NCBI RefSeq assembly: GCF_964218185.1
Contig: NZ_CAXPLV010000012.1
Location: 9,034 to 73,033 of the forward strand
DNA: 64,000 nt
Origin: Ekhidna sp.
Lineage (GTDB): Bacteria; Bacteroidota; Bacteroidia; Cytophagales; Cyclobacteriaceae
Direction of reading: 5' to 3'
Below, piece after piece: positions 48,594 to 60,000 of this stretch (position 1 is the stretch's first letter; each line of letters opens with the position of its first letter). Under the pieces are notes generated by a model that did not search any database, was not told the origin of the DNA, and saw nothing but the letters and a program-made list of their open reading frames with translations. The translations under genes were made by a program, and so were the position numbers.

Positions 48594-49543
48594 AAAAGCT
48601 GCTTCTTCAGTTCTTCGATTTCAACACTCACATTTACTTTTTGATTCAACTTTTCAAGCTTGCTCAACGTGCTTTTGATAAACTGCTGATGTGAGTTTGA
48701 CTTGGGCTGAAATGGTTTATGCTTGATAGCTGATTTTAACTTTTCCCAGTCATCTAGAAATGCTTTAGACTCATTGTCAAAATAAGTTTCAACAAATCGT
48801 TTCCAGACATAAAGGATAGCTTGATCAGATGGATGTATCATGTCTGGCTTGAAAAAACGATAGTCTCGCAGTTCATCCATTACTATTTCAAAGGAAGGGA
48901 AGTAGGAAACATTTTCATAGGGTTCAACAATCTCGTGTACAGCATCGATTAGGATCGCCTTACTTCGATTGTTTTCAACAAGTCCATCCCGGACGTGTCG
49001 GACAGGGCTAACTGTAAAAATGATGTTAAGCTCTGAATTAGCTGCTCTCAGATAGGAGTAGAGCTTGTTAAACCGCTCCATGATTTCGTTGTGATTTAAA
49101 AACCTTTTCGAGAAAGATGAGGAAGGAACCTTATGACAATTGGCGACAATCGAGCTATCCTTAAGTTCGTAAACAATTGATGTACCCAGGGTGATAATCA
49201 ACCATTTGCTTCGAGTAAGGAATTCATTCGATAGGTCTACCTGTCTCCTAAATGATTCGATGGTCTTTTTAGAACTCAACCCTGAAATGGAGCCGTGAGC
49301 ATCCCAGTGATAAAACACTCCATGGCTTTCAATCAGGTTATCAACTTGTACATCATTTTGTAGCAATTTGAAAAGCGAGATCGGATTGTATATCGTTCCA
49401 AATGGGTTGGAAAGAGTGTCAAACTTATTGTCTTTTAGGAGCGTCCCGATCTCATCTGAAAAGCAGGAGCCCATCAAGTAGATGGGGTCAGAAAGACGAA
49501 TCTTATCCTCAGATTTAGGTATGTCGAAGTTGAGTTTAAACAA
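48590..49543 (-). CDS. GSCFA domain-containing protein
   Basis: [44 protein letters not shown] and DMIHPS. Confidence 0.9.
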   Translation of the reverse strand: MFKLNFDIPKSEDKIRLSDPIYLMGSCFSDEIGTLLKDNKFDTLSNPFGTIYNPISLFKLLQNDVQVDNLIESHGVFYHWDAHGSISGLSSKKTIESFRRQVDLSNEFLTRSKWLIITLGTSIVYELKDSSIVANCHKVPSSSFSKRFLNHNEIMERFNKLYSYLRAANSELNIIFTVSPVRHVRDGLVENNRSKAILIDAVHEIVEPYENVSYFPSFEIVMDELRDYRFFKPDMIHPSDQAILYVWKRFVETYFDNESKAFLDDWEKLKSAIKHKPFQPKSNSHQQFIKSTLSKLEKLNQKVNVSVEIEELKKQLL

Positions 49544-49573
49544 TGGTGTCTCTTTTCACCAAAATTAGCTGAT

Positions 49574-50860
49574 TTACTCGTCAGCTTTCAAACTCACCAT
49601 CACTGGCCTGTGGTCAGATACTTGAGTAAAGTAGCTGGAAACACAGTTGTCAAGTTTTACGGTGTAGGATGACAACAAATTATCACAGAGCTCATTTGTC
49701 AATAGAATATGATCCAGGTGGCTAGGCCAGCTAGGATAGCTGAAATCCGAGGATGAGCCACTATTAATCGGTAGATCAGCAAAGATGTAATCCTCCGAAT
49801 CGCTGATAAAATTGCTAAATGAGTTCGCCCCATTCACAAAATCCTCATTCCAGTCACCAAGAACAATCACCTCTTTATCCGGTAGGTTTGAGTCAATGTA
49901 GCTTTTGAGTTTGTTGCTAGCATCCACTCGTTGGCTGATGTCTCCGGAACCGCCACAACATTTTAGGTGAATGTTCAATAGCTTCACTGAAAGCCCATTG
50001 CTGTGAGTGATATCAACAACTACCGGATCTCTAGGTCCGATCCCAAGGTTAAGCTCCGCAGGAGATGTGTGAGAGATGATCTCGCTGGTTTTAAAAATGA
50101 AGCCGAGATCGAGGCTACCTCCAATGTTTACTACTTCACCATCATAGCCATTTAGAGAACTCACCAATGAATTGAATGAGGAAATGTCATTGATTTCCTG
50201 GATGGCATAAACGTCAGCATCCAAATCCAATATGATATCTTTTACTTTGGATATGGTGGTACTCCCAGAGGTTGGGAAAAACTCAAGATTCCATGTTACA
50301 ATATCTAAATCGTCACTACTTAAGCCAGGTGTACAAAGTGTGGTGCCGGTCGTATAAGTGGTTCCATTACAACTTCCGGAACCCGTGTTGTTTCCTCCTC
50401 CAGATCCACCACCAGGTTCGGTTATAAAAATTTTGGTCGTAGGATTTACCCCAACATTGATCAGACTTGAACTTCCTCCCGTTATTGTGAATTGTAGTGA
50501 GTCAATTATTGTATCCGAGTCAGGGATAGGAGCTACTACAATGGTACTTTGTGTTGACCCCACGCTGAAAGGAATAGTTAGCACATTGGATTGTGTGCCT
50601 GGTTGAGTGGTAAAGTCCGTGTCATACTCGGCATTATACTCTGTCAGCTCTACTTCGATGGCTCCATCAAAATCAGCCTCCGAATCAAACTGAATGATGA
50701 TAACATCAGCTGTTTGCGTTTCGGAAATATTTTGAGTCGATTTTCTGAAACTAACAGTTAATTCAGTTCCTACAGGTTCATCGTTGCTACCACCACAACT
50801 CACAAACATCACACCAATGGCAATGGCAATCAATAATTTTTTCACTCCTCTACTTTTCAA
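49574..50860 (-). CDS. Lipoprotein endonuclease/exonuclease/phosphatase (DNase I-like) with N-terminal Calx-beta/Ig-like domain
   Basis: Lipobox FVSC; TWNLEFF, AIQEI, HLKCC, LGDWNE, LDHILL and SDHRPV catalytic motifs; Gly-rich linker. Confidence 0.88.
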   Translation of the reverse strand: MKSRGVKKLLIAIAIGVMFVSCGGSNDEPVGTELTVSFRKSTQNISETQTADVIIIQFDSEADFDGAIEVELTEYNAEYDTDFTTQPGTQSNVLTIPFSVGSTQSTIVVAPIPDSDTIIDSLQFTITGGSSSLINVGVNPTTKIFITEPGGGSGGGNNTGSGSCNGTTYTTGTTLCTPGLSSDDLDIVTWNLEFFPTSGSTTISKVKDIILDLDADVYAIQEINDISSFNSLVSSLNGYDGEVVNIGGSLDLGFIFKTSEIISHTSPAELNLGIGPRDPVVVDITHSNGLSVKLLNIHLKCCGGSGDISQRVDASNKLKSYIDSNLPDKEVIVLGDWNEDFVNGANSFSNFISDSEDYIFADLPINSGSSSDFSYPSWPSHLDHILLTNELCDNLLSSYTVKLDNCVSSYFTQVSDHRPVMVSLKADE

Positions 50861-51845
50861 TTAAAATATAAACAGGAAAGTGGTCGCTGTAACCACCAAT
50901 GTACTTATCATACGAAAACGAACGCCATGGTGATCCGGCATACTGACCGCTTTTTTGGCGCATCCAGTCAGGCCCAAACACACTGAAAGTTTCTGGTTTA
51001 TAGGTGATGCCTGAGTCCTCAATTAAGCCCTGACTGATGATGATCTGGTCGAACATATTCCAAGCCCCGCGATATGAAAGTGAACCAAACCCTTGCTTAA
51101 ACGTCTCTGCAGATGTGTTAAAAAGATCACCATCTTCCATTTTTTTCAATCGATCTGAAGCCCGCAATTCTTTTTTGATGGAAGCATTCCTGGGGTCGTC
51201 ATTGAAGTCGCCCATCAAGATGATTTTTGCCTTTGGATTTTCTGTGAGGATAGAGTCGACCGCTTGTCTTAATAGTGCCCCGGCTTGATTTCTTTTTTCA
51301 GGGCCACTTCTCCTGGATGGCCAATGATTCACAGCCAGGGTGATCGTATCACCAAAATAAATACCGGTGCAAAGAAGAATGTCCCTGGTGAAATAGCCTT
51401 CTTCAGGATAGGTCAGCCATGTAGAATTCAGCACCTCAAATCGATTTTTCTTGTATATCAACCCCACATCTATTCCGCGCCTGTCCGGTGAGTTTTTATG
51501 CACAATTTCATATTGATGGCCTCTAAGCTGTGGAGTAGCCACCAGGTCCTCGATCACACCCCGATTTTCAATTTCTGACAAGCCGATGATGTCGGCACCC
51601 CGGGCCATGGTGCTCAATACTTTAGATAATTGAGAAAGTTTGTCTTGATATCTTTCTTGATCCCATTGTTTGCTGCCATCCGGCAGATATTCTTCATCAT
51701 TGATTTCAGGATCATCCGTGGTGTCAAATAGATTCTCCACGTTGTAAAATCCAATAGCTCCCACTACTTGCTTTTGAGCGTGAGCTGATACGGTATTTAA
51801 GTAAAAGGCTGCAAGAAAGACTTTCGTCCAGATTCTAAATTTCAT
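50850..51845 (-). CDS. Secreted endonuclease/exonuclease/phosphatase family nuclease
   Basis: Signal peptide ending AHAQ; FYNVENLFD, LSEIEN, NHWPSRR, MGDFND, FDQII and YSDHFPV. Confidence 0.9.
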   Translation of the reverse strand: MKFRIWTKVFLAAFYLNTVSAHAQKQVVGAIGFYNVENLFDTTDDPEINDEEYLPDGSKQWDQERYQDKLSQLSKVLSTMARGADIIGLSEIENRGVIEDLVATPQLRGHQYEIVHKNSPDRRGIDVGLIYKKNRFEVLNSTWLTYPEEGYFTRDILLCTGIYFGDTITLAVNHWPSRRSGPEKRNQAGALLRQAVDSILTENPKAKIILMGDFNDDPRNASIKKELRASDRLKKMEDGDLFNTSAETFKQGFGSLSYRGAWNMFDQIIISQGLIEDSGITYKPETFSVFGPDWMRQKSGQYAGSPWRSFSYDKYIGGYSDHFPVYILIEK

Positions 51846-52219
51846 ACTGCAAAATTGAGGTATTTTATTTTCACATTGAGTTATTATCCTAAATGAGATT
51901 GTTAGCTATTTAATAACTATAATCTCAAAAAGGTAATGTTCACGTAATGTTTTTCATCTCATAAGTGGACGTATTGCCATTTTGATGGGTTTGCTCTGCT
52001 CTGTCCATTTTACCCCTTTGTTGTTTGTCTAACTATTTGAAAACTGCTTTAAAAAGTTCTGGCAGTGAAAAATGAGATTGAGCTTATTTAGTTCTATAAA
52101 GAATTCTGTACTTGAATACCTACAGTTGAATTTACTTTTCACCACTTTCTGTAATTTCTGTTACGCCTTGATTTTGAGAAATTTGTCGGAAAGATATAAA
52201 CCACAATACAACCTTACCT

Positions 52220-54937
52220 ATGCTGAAGAAGGCACTATTACTCACCCTCATCTTAGGGTTTGTAATTCATTTAACCACCGCTCAAAGTACCGGAGTAGTT
52301 AGTGGTACCATTAAAGATAAACGACTGGACGAGGGTCTCATTGGAGCCACAGTGATTTTAAAAGGAACACCCTATGGGTCTATGACTGGGATAGATGGTG
52401 GTTTCACCATCAAAGATGTACCGACAGGCACCTATACTCTCAAAGTATCATACATTGGGTTTAGCTCTATCGAACAGTCAGTAACAGTTGGAGGAGGTAC
52501 AACCACCGTTGGTGATCTATACCTTGAGGAAGAGGCTATAGGTCTGGATGAAGTTCAGGTTTTTGCATCTGTAGTGGAAGAGCGTAAGTCACCGATCGCC
52601 ATTTCAACTTTCAATGCACAGCAACTGGATGAACGTTTCGGAAATGTTTCCCTTGCTGAAGCCATCCAAAACACCCCTGGTGTATATACCATCCAAGGTG
52701 CCGGAGGGTATGGTGATCAGGAAGTATACATTCGAGGATTCGATCAGTCCAATGTGGCTTTTCTTGTCAATGGAATCCCGGTAAATGACATGGAGAATGG
52801 ACGAATGTTTTGGTCAAACTTTGCAGGACTGAGTCAGGTAACACGTACCACCCAGGTACAAAGAGGATTGGGAGCTTCTAAATTAGCTGTGAGCTCTATT
52901 GGTGGTACGGTAAACATGATCACAAAGCCTTCTGACCGAAGCGAAGGAGGAAGAATAGAATATCAAACCGGAACGGGATCCTGGAATAACCGACTAAGAT
53001 TCACATACAACACAGGAGAGTCGAATGGATGGGCATTTAGCTTTCAGGGTACACGAACTACTACAAGCGCACCACTTGGAGGGCTATCCTCATTGAAGCA
53101 AGGATCAATTGTTCCGGGCGCTTACACAGACGCATGGAGCTATTACATTGCTGCATCGAAGAAAATTAATAACAATCACCAGTTGATGTTCTGGGCATTC
53201 GGAGCTCCGGTGAACAGAGGAACTGCATTTGTAGTAGATGATCAAACGCGTGAGATATTCAACATTGATGAGCCAATGGCAAACAATGCGCTTGGTATTT
53301 ACCGAGGTGAATTATTTAATGCTCGTCAAAACAAAGTGAATAAGCCACTGACGGCATTGACTCATTATTGGGATCTGGATGCTAATACTAACATTACTAC
53401 TTCTATCTATTATTCAAGAGCTAAAGTTTACTCGGTTCAGCCTCAGGATGCTGAATCTTCTGTGTTCTTTGTGGATCGATCAAATCCGAATTTAGTTGGA
53501 AACGAGATTACTCCGGATAACCTAATCAATTGGGACTATCTATCTGAGCAAAATAGAGATGCTTCAAGAGAGATGACTGTACCGTATCCAAATGGTGACC
53601 CGAACACACCAAGTGTAACAGGCTTTGCTTCTCAATATTATTTGGAGTCTAGGCATAACAATCATGACTGGGTGGGGCTGGTGAGTAATTTCACCAAGAC
53701 CATCAATCGTTTAAGAGTCCGAGGAGGAATTGACTTAAGGTATTATCGTGGTGAACACTATGCTGAAGTATTTGACTTGATGGGGGGAGATTTTATCCTT
53801 CAGGAAAATAGATTTGGTGATGCATTTAACAAATTGGATACAGAAAATGCCATTGGCAGAAAGGGAGATAAGACCAATTATTTCTATGACGGAATTGTAA
53901 ACTGGTATTCCCTCTTTGGTCAGGCTGAATACTCGCTGGATAAGCTGGATTTATTTGCATCTGCTACGCTCACCTTTTCTGACATGCAGCGAATTGGATA
54001 CTTCTGGAATGGAAGTGACTTTAATGACTACAGTTTGAATTCTCTTGGTGAATCAGAAAAGAAAACATTTGCTACATACACCTTCAAGACTGGAGCTAAC
54101 TACAGAATTACCGGAAGACATAATGTTTACGGAAATGCTGGTTATTTCACACGTCCGCCATTCTTCAGAAGCTCTTTCAATGACGCCCGGTATTCAAACC
54201 AATACAGGACGGGTCTAACTGAAGAGCAGGTGTTGTCCGGTGAATTAGGGTATGGCTATCGGACTTCATTCTTAAAGGCAAATGTGAACGCCTACTATCT
54301 ACTGTGGTCAGATCGGACAACTGAGTTTAACCAGGAGAATCAGGGGCCTGATGGAGCGCCTAACTTTATTCCAATTGTCTTGAATGGACTTGTTTCTGAG
54401 CATAAGGGGATAGAAATCGACTTTACTTACAATGTGATTTCTTCATTGGAGTTGAACGGATTCCTTGGTTTGGGAGACTGGACCTGGAAAGAAGTACCTG
54501 GACAAGAAGTTTTCCTCGATGATGGTTCATCTGTTTTTGTGGATGATCTGTCAATCATGGAGGGTCTGCCAGTAGGCACCTCAGCACAAACTACCGCTGG
54601 TTTTGGTTTTCACTATAGAGGCATCAGAAGCGCCTACATTGGAGGTCGTTTACGATACGCAGATCGAATTCCTATTCGATACAGCCCCGAAGACATAGCG
54701 GAAGGCTTCATCACCCGTGAAGTCATTGAAAATGAATTTGATGATTATGCCACTTTCGATCTATATGCTGGACGCTACTTTGACATTGGTGAGAATATGT
54801 CCGGTAGACTTTCCATCAGCGTGCAGAATGTATTCAATGCAGAATACACCCGCTGGGCGAGTTATTTCTTTAGCCAGGTGCAGCGAGGCTATGGCTACCC
54901 ACGAACATACACCATTGGTTTAAGCATTGATTTCTAA
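52220..54937 (+). CDS. TonB-dependent outer membrane receptor with N-terminal carboxypeptidase-like regulatory domain (not SusC-type)
   Basis: GTIKD..LIGATV..G.FTI N-domain, plug IRGFDQSNVAFLVNGIP.NDMENG...VQRGLG and C-terminal YGYPRTYTIGLSIDF. Confidence 0.92.
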   Translation: MLKKALLLTLILGFVIHLTTAQSTGVVSGTIKDKRLDEGLIGATVILKGTPYGSMTGIDGGFTIKDVPTGTYTLKVSYIGFSSIEQSVTVGGGTTTVGDLYLEEEAIGLDEVQVFASVVEERKSPIAISTFNAQQLDERFGNVSLAEAIQNTPGVYTIQGAGGYGDQEVYIRGFDQSNVAFLVNGIPVNDMENGRMFWSNFAGLSQVTRTTQVQRGLGASKLAVSSIGGTVNMITKPSDRSEGGRIEYQTGTGSWNNRLRFTYNTGESNGWAFSFQGTRTTTSAPLGGLSSLKQGSIVPGAYTDAWSYYIAASKKINNNHQLMFWAFGAPVNRGTAFVVDDQTREIFNIDEPMANNALGIYRGELFNARQNKVNKPLTALTHYWDLDANTNITTSIYYSRAKVYSVQPQDAESSVFFVDRSNPNLVGNEITPDNLINWDYLSEQNRDASREMTVPYPNGDPNTPSVTGFASQYYLESRHNNHDWVGLVSNFTKTINRLRVRGGIDLRYYRGEHYAEVFDLMGGDFILQENRFGDAFNKLDTENAIGRKGDKTNYFYDGIVNWYSLFGQAEYSLDKLDLFASATLTFSDMQRIGYFWNGSDFNDYSLNSLGESEKKTFATYTFKTGANYRITGRHNVYGNAGYFTRPPFFRSSFNDARYSNQYRTGLTEEQVLSGELGYGYRTSFLKANVNAYYLLWSDRTTEFNQENQGPDGAPNFIPIVLNGLVSEHKGIEIDFTYNVISSLELNGFLGLGDWTWKEVPGQEVFLDDGSSVFVDDLSIMEGLPVGTSAQTTAGFGFHYRGIRSAYIGGRLRYADRIPIRYSPEDIAEGFITREVIENEFDDYATFDLYAGRYFDIGENMSGRLSISVQNVFNAEYTRWASYFFSQVQRGYGYPRTYTIGLSIDF

Positions 54938-54942
54938 GAAAC

Positions 54943-56919
54943 ATGAAAAAATTAATCTATATACTTTCAATCGTTTGCCTCTTTGCTTCATGTAAACCAG
55001 AGGATGTGATTTCAGGTCCTGCGCTTTCCTTTTACCCAACCACCGTAGCTACTGCAGTGGAGGAGGACGAAATCACGTATGTACTTTCATTGGAGACTTC
55101 AGGTCTCGTGAATTCAGGTACAGCTACTATAGAGGTAAGCCTCTCTGCAGAGGGAACCATTTTTACTAACCCGCCGCTTTCCGGCAATACGCTGACATTG
55201 GATATCACAGAGGGCACCACTGCACAAATCGAAGTGACGGTGCTTAATGACCTTACACCGGAAGATTATACAGCTAAGTTCAGAATCACGGATGTTTCCG
55301 GTGATCTGGGAGGGATAGGAACCAGCGAATTCACCCTGTTTGTACTGGACAATGATAATGTTCCAATATACCAGGAAGACTTTAACGCTGGATTAGGATC
55401 ATTTACTGCTTTCAGTGAGGAAGGTGCCCAGGAGTGGGGAGAGACTGATTTTGGATTTGAAGGTGCAGGTGCTCGAATGAGTGGCTTCAGTGGCGGTCCG
55501 CAAGACAATAAAGACTGGCTTATTTCTGAAGCTGTGGATTTAAGTGGCTTGACCTCTGCTTCTGCACAGTTTGTGTCTGACGTGGCTTTCGAAGTGGAGC
55601 CTGTGCTGGAGTTTAGAGTATCTACTGACTATGATGGTTTGGGTGATCCTACTACTGCGACATGGACAACACTTGAGGCTTCTTATGATACGCAAACCGG
55701 TTTTGATACATGGACGCCTAGCGGAAAAATAGATATCAGCAATTACCTGGAGGCAGAAACCTATTTTGCTTTCTATTACACCTCAAATACGGATGTATCC
55801 GCACAGTGGACCATCGATGACTTTGCGATCTCGGTGTTCAACCCGGATGCCAGTGGAGGTGGAAATGAGAATTTAGTGAATCTACCATTCTCAGAAGATT
55901 TTGAAAATTGTACTACCGATTTCGCTATTCCATCAGCGTTTGATGTGCAGTATGCTTCCAATTCCAAAGATGACAGAGGATGGGGATGCCGTCAGTTTGG
56001 GGTAGATAATTCCCGAGCTGTGCGTGTAAATGCTTTTGGGGGAGATGCGGGTACTGCAGACACCTGGCTGATCACTCAAAACAAATTCAATTTGAGAACT
56101 GTTGGGAAAGCCTCTTTACAGTTTGATGTAAAATCAGCATCAGCTGGTGATGGAGAGTTAAAAGTCTATTACAGTACAGATTACTTTGGTGTATTAGCCC
56201 TGGCTACATGGGAGGAACTAACTGACGTGACAGCACAGCTACCTACAAAGGGTTCTGATACTTATACTACGGTAAATACTACTATACCTGGTGGCGATGT
56301 GGTATATCTGGCGTTCCAGTTTGTGGGAGGTACTGAGAGTGGTTCTTCATCTTACGATATAGACAATATTGTACTGGATGAATTGAATGTCGAATTAACA
56401 CTTCCATTTAGTGATGATTTTGAAAATTGTTCTGAGGCTGGTGAGTACAATATGCCGGAAAACTGGATAGAGGAGCTTGTACCAGGGTTCAATACTGATA
56501 GGGGATGGGGCTGCCGTCCATTTGGAAGATCAGGTAACGGTGTGCAGGCAAGTGCGCACAATGGAGATGCAGCATCGGATAATGCTTGGATGATCTCTGC
56601 CGGAAGGTTCGATCTTTCGGGACTTACATCTACTACGCTGGAATTCTATGTAGAATCATTCTTCGATGGAGATGGAGGAATCAAGCTATTGTGGTCAGAA
56701 GATTATGCTGGTAGTGGAAATCCTGAAAATGCAACATGGACAGAGGTAACAGACGCTACCTCACAATTCCCAGCATCTGGCTCAGGTGGGTTTGTGCTGG
56801 TGAGCACCAATCTTGATGCAGCCATAGGAAAGACGATTCATATTGCATTTCAGTATGAGTCCAGCTCCGGAAATGCATCATCTTGGACGATAGATGATCT
56901 GACTTTTACCGGAAGTTAA
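54943..56919 (+). CDS. Surface lipoprotein with three choice-of-anchor J / DUF5017-like beta-sandwich repeats
   Basis: Lipobox FASC; three repeats of F.EDF...W...DWLI...DLS...Y.TDY.G...ATW..L...Y.AF.Y...W.IDD. Confidence 0.75.
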   Translation: MKKLIYILSIVCLFASCKPEDVISGPALSFYPTTVATAVEEDEITYVLSLETSGLVNSGTATIEVSLSAEGTIFTNPPLSGNTLTLDITEGTTAQIEVTVLNDLTPEDYTAKFRITDVSGDLGGIGTSEFTLFVLDNDNVPIYQEDFNAGLGSFTAFSEEGAQEWGETDFGFEGAGARMSGFSGGPQDNKDWLISEAVDLSGLTSASAQFVSDVAFEVEPVLEFRVSTDYDGLGDPTTATWTTLEASYDTQTGFDTWTPSGKIDISNYLEAETYFAFYYTSNTDVSAQWTIDDFAISVFNPDASGGGNENLVNLPFSEDFENCTTDFAIPSAFDVQYASNSKDDRGWGCRQFGVDNSRAVRVNAFGGDAGTADTWLITQNKFNLRTVGKASLQFDVKSASAGDGELKVYYSTDYFGVLALATWEELTDVTAQLPTKGSDTYTTVNTTIPGGDVVYLAFQFVGGTESGSSSYDIDNIVLDELNVELTLPFSDDFENCSEAGEYNMPENWIEELVPGFNTDRGWGCRPFGRSGNGVQASAHNGDAASDNAWMISAGRFDLSGLTSTTLEFYVESFFDGDGGIKLLWSEDYAGSGNPENATWTEVTDATSQFPASGSGGFVLVSTNLDAAIGKTIHIAFQYESSSGNASSWTIDDLTFTGS

Positions 56920-56929
56920 ATGAATATAG

Positions 56930-56964
56930 AAAAGGGGCAATGCAGCAATGCAGTGCCCTTTTTT
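56930..56964 (+). terminator. Intrinsic terminator between the lipoprotein gene and the giant T9SS gene
   Basis: aaaaggggca...tgcccttttttt imperfect hairpin with a T tract. Confidence 0.65.
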
Positions 56965-57016
56965 GTTTGAATAAAAACCTTAATTGATATAAACCTAAAC
57001 CGCAATTAATACGATT

Positions 57017-60000
57017 ATGAAACACTTATACCGCATCGGGCTACTGTTCTTCGGACTGTTCGCCCTCACAAATTTTGCCAGTGGGCAGAATGCTTGGATC
57101 AATGAATTTCATTACGATGACGCAAGTGGCGATCAAAATGAAATGGTAGAAATTGTAATTGAAAATGCTTCAAGTTATACATTGTCTGATTTTGTTGTAA
57201 CGAAATATAATGGAAGCGGAGGCGCCAGTTATGGATCAGATGATGTAAGCACATTTATTGTAGGGGATGTTTACGGAGATTTTACTTTATATTATATAAT
57301 CTACCCCACAAATGGTTTACAGAACGGAGCGCCTGAAGGTCTTGATTTAAGCTATCAGGGCACTTCATTACAGTTTTTAAGTTATGAAGGTACTCTTACG
57401 GCTGTTGGAGGCCCGGCAGATGGTTTAACTTCTATAGATGTAGGGGTTAGCGAATCGGGATCTGTTGAAGGAAGCTCACTTCAGTTGGCAGGATCAGGAA
57501 CTCTATATTCAAATTTTACGTGGCAAGATGAGGCTACTGCTACACCAGGTATAGCAAACAATGATCAAACAATAGGTGCTGATGAAACCGCTCCATCCTT
57601 TACATCAGGACCTACAGCAGTAAACATAACCGGGAATGGATTTCAGGTTACTGCTCAGTCAGATGAAGATGCAACGCTATACTATGTAATCGATGATAGC
57701 GGCACGCCTACAGCTCAGGAAATAAAAGATGGTCAGTTAAGTGGAGGAGCTACAGCAACCTACGCTGGTTCACTTGCGGTTTTAGAAGCTGAGGAAGGTA
57801 CAGTCACCATTTCGGGCTTGGCTAGTGCTACCGCTTATGATATACACTTTACTATGGAGGATGCTGCAGGAAATTTAACTGCGGTATCCACACTTACTGA
57901 CGTAACTACAGCAGCAGCTGATGCAGCAGCACCTGTCTATCAAAATAGTACTCCAAGTGCATCAAGTATTACGGATGTATCCTTTGACCTGACAGTTCAG
58001 TTTGATGAAATAGGTACGGCATATTATGTGGTTGTTGCAGACGGGTCAACACCAGCACCTTCAAGTGCACAGGTAATGGCCGGTACAGACGGATCAGATG
58101 CAGCAGCAATCGCCAGCGGAACAATTGATGTTACATCTGCGTCAATGGATTTTTCAAGTTCAATATCAGGATTGTCAGTTGCTACTGCTTATGATGTGTA
58201 TGTCGTTTCAGTAGATGATGAGACCACACCGAATGTGCAGGCAACACCATCCATGATAGATGTGAGCACTACGACGGATACCACCCCACCAACTGTTGAA
58301 AGTGCAGCTACTTCTGTAAGTGATGTTTCTTACGATGTAAACCTGACCATGTCAGAAAATGTAACTGCAACGGATGAATCAGGTTTTACTATTAACATCA
58401 ATGGAAATCCTGCTACTATCTCAGATTTTGGAGTTGTAGACAATAGCATAGGCTTCCTTCTGAATGAGCCAATTTATGCAGGAGATGTAATAACAGTAGA
58501 TTATGATGATACTCAAGGAGATGTTGCTGACTTGGCAGCAAATGCATTGGCTTCTTTTACAGATCAGGCAGTAATCAATAATGCTACTACAGTATTGGTT
58601 GATGATATTGCTACACTAAGAACTGGTGCTACTGATGGGACAGTGTACCAACTAGGAGGCAGTGCCATCGTTCACTCTAAGCAGAGTTTTAGAAATCAAA
58701 AATGGATTCAGGATGGGACAGCAGCTATCTTAATAAATGATAATCCTAATGGAAATTTTGGTGCCGGATATATCACAACAGACTATCAGATAGGTGATGA
58801 AATTCCAGGGGGACTTACTGGAACATTAGATCTCTCTAATGGTCAGTTAAAATTTGAACCAATTGATGGATATGATCCTGGAACTGCACTATCAACAGGA
58901 AATGAAGTAGCTCCACAGGTTATGGCACTAAGTACTTATAATGCCAATTATCAAGACTTGGAGAGTCAATTAATTACTGTGGAGGCAGTTACATTCAGTG
59001 ACGCTGGCACAGGTTTCTCTAATGGTGTGAATTATGATATTGTTGATGGAGGTACTACAGGTGCCTTCAGAACAGAGGTGTTTGCGTTTAGTGGAAATGA
59101 TATTCCTTACGGTAGGGTAGACATTACTTCACCAGCAGGTCGATATAATACAACCCCACAGCTGCTAGGACAAAGTATTACGGATATAGTAGACAACTAT
59201 GCGCCACAATTTACGGTAGCTCCTGCAATCGTGAATGTGTATACGGATGGCGCTGATATCACATTTCAGGCTGATGAACCTGGTACAGTATATTACGTTG
59301 TTCAGCTGAGTGGTACAGCTGCACCAACGGTCGGAGACATCTTTGTAACCGGAACAACATCAGGATATACAGCTGTGGGAACAGAAACAGGCTTCACTAT
59401 TTTTGATTTGGCCGATGGGCAGAGCTATGACCTTTACATTGCAGCTGAAGATGATGAAACTTCACCAAATCAGCAAAGTGCTTATGTGTTGCTTGAGCTA
59501 ACAATCCCTGAAATCACCAACGATGAAAACACTGACATCACAGCGTTGGCATCACCAATCGCACAGACAGACATTTCTTCGCTTGCAGACACTGATCTGG
59601 AAGCTGTAGATGTATTTGGATTCACTTTGACGGACGAAGGTACTGACGGGGTGAGCACCTTTGTGGATGGTATTGTGATCACGGCAGGAACGAACAACAC
59701 AGCTGACTGGAGTACAACCATTGCCGGAGCGGTATTGTCCGACGGCACTACGGATATTACTCTTACAGTAGATGCAGGCTCTATGTATGCAGACCTCTCT
59801 TCTGCTCCTTATGAGTTGGCTAATAATACAGCACAAGAGTTCACACTATCTATCTGGCTGAATACTTCTGTTACGGATGGTGATGTGCTTGAATTTGAGA
59901 TCGGAACTTCGCATTTATTTTCTGCTACTATTGATGGCTCTCTTTTCTTAAATCCAATAGCTTCAGCTGTGACAAGTGCGCAGCATACAGTGGATGTAGA

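Noticed and set aside
52220-56919. Classical SusC/SusD polysaccharide utilisation locus
   Set aside because: The receptor lacks SusC signatures, the partner lipoprotein is not TPR/SusD-like, and no CAZymes are adjacent.
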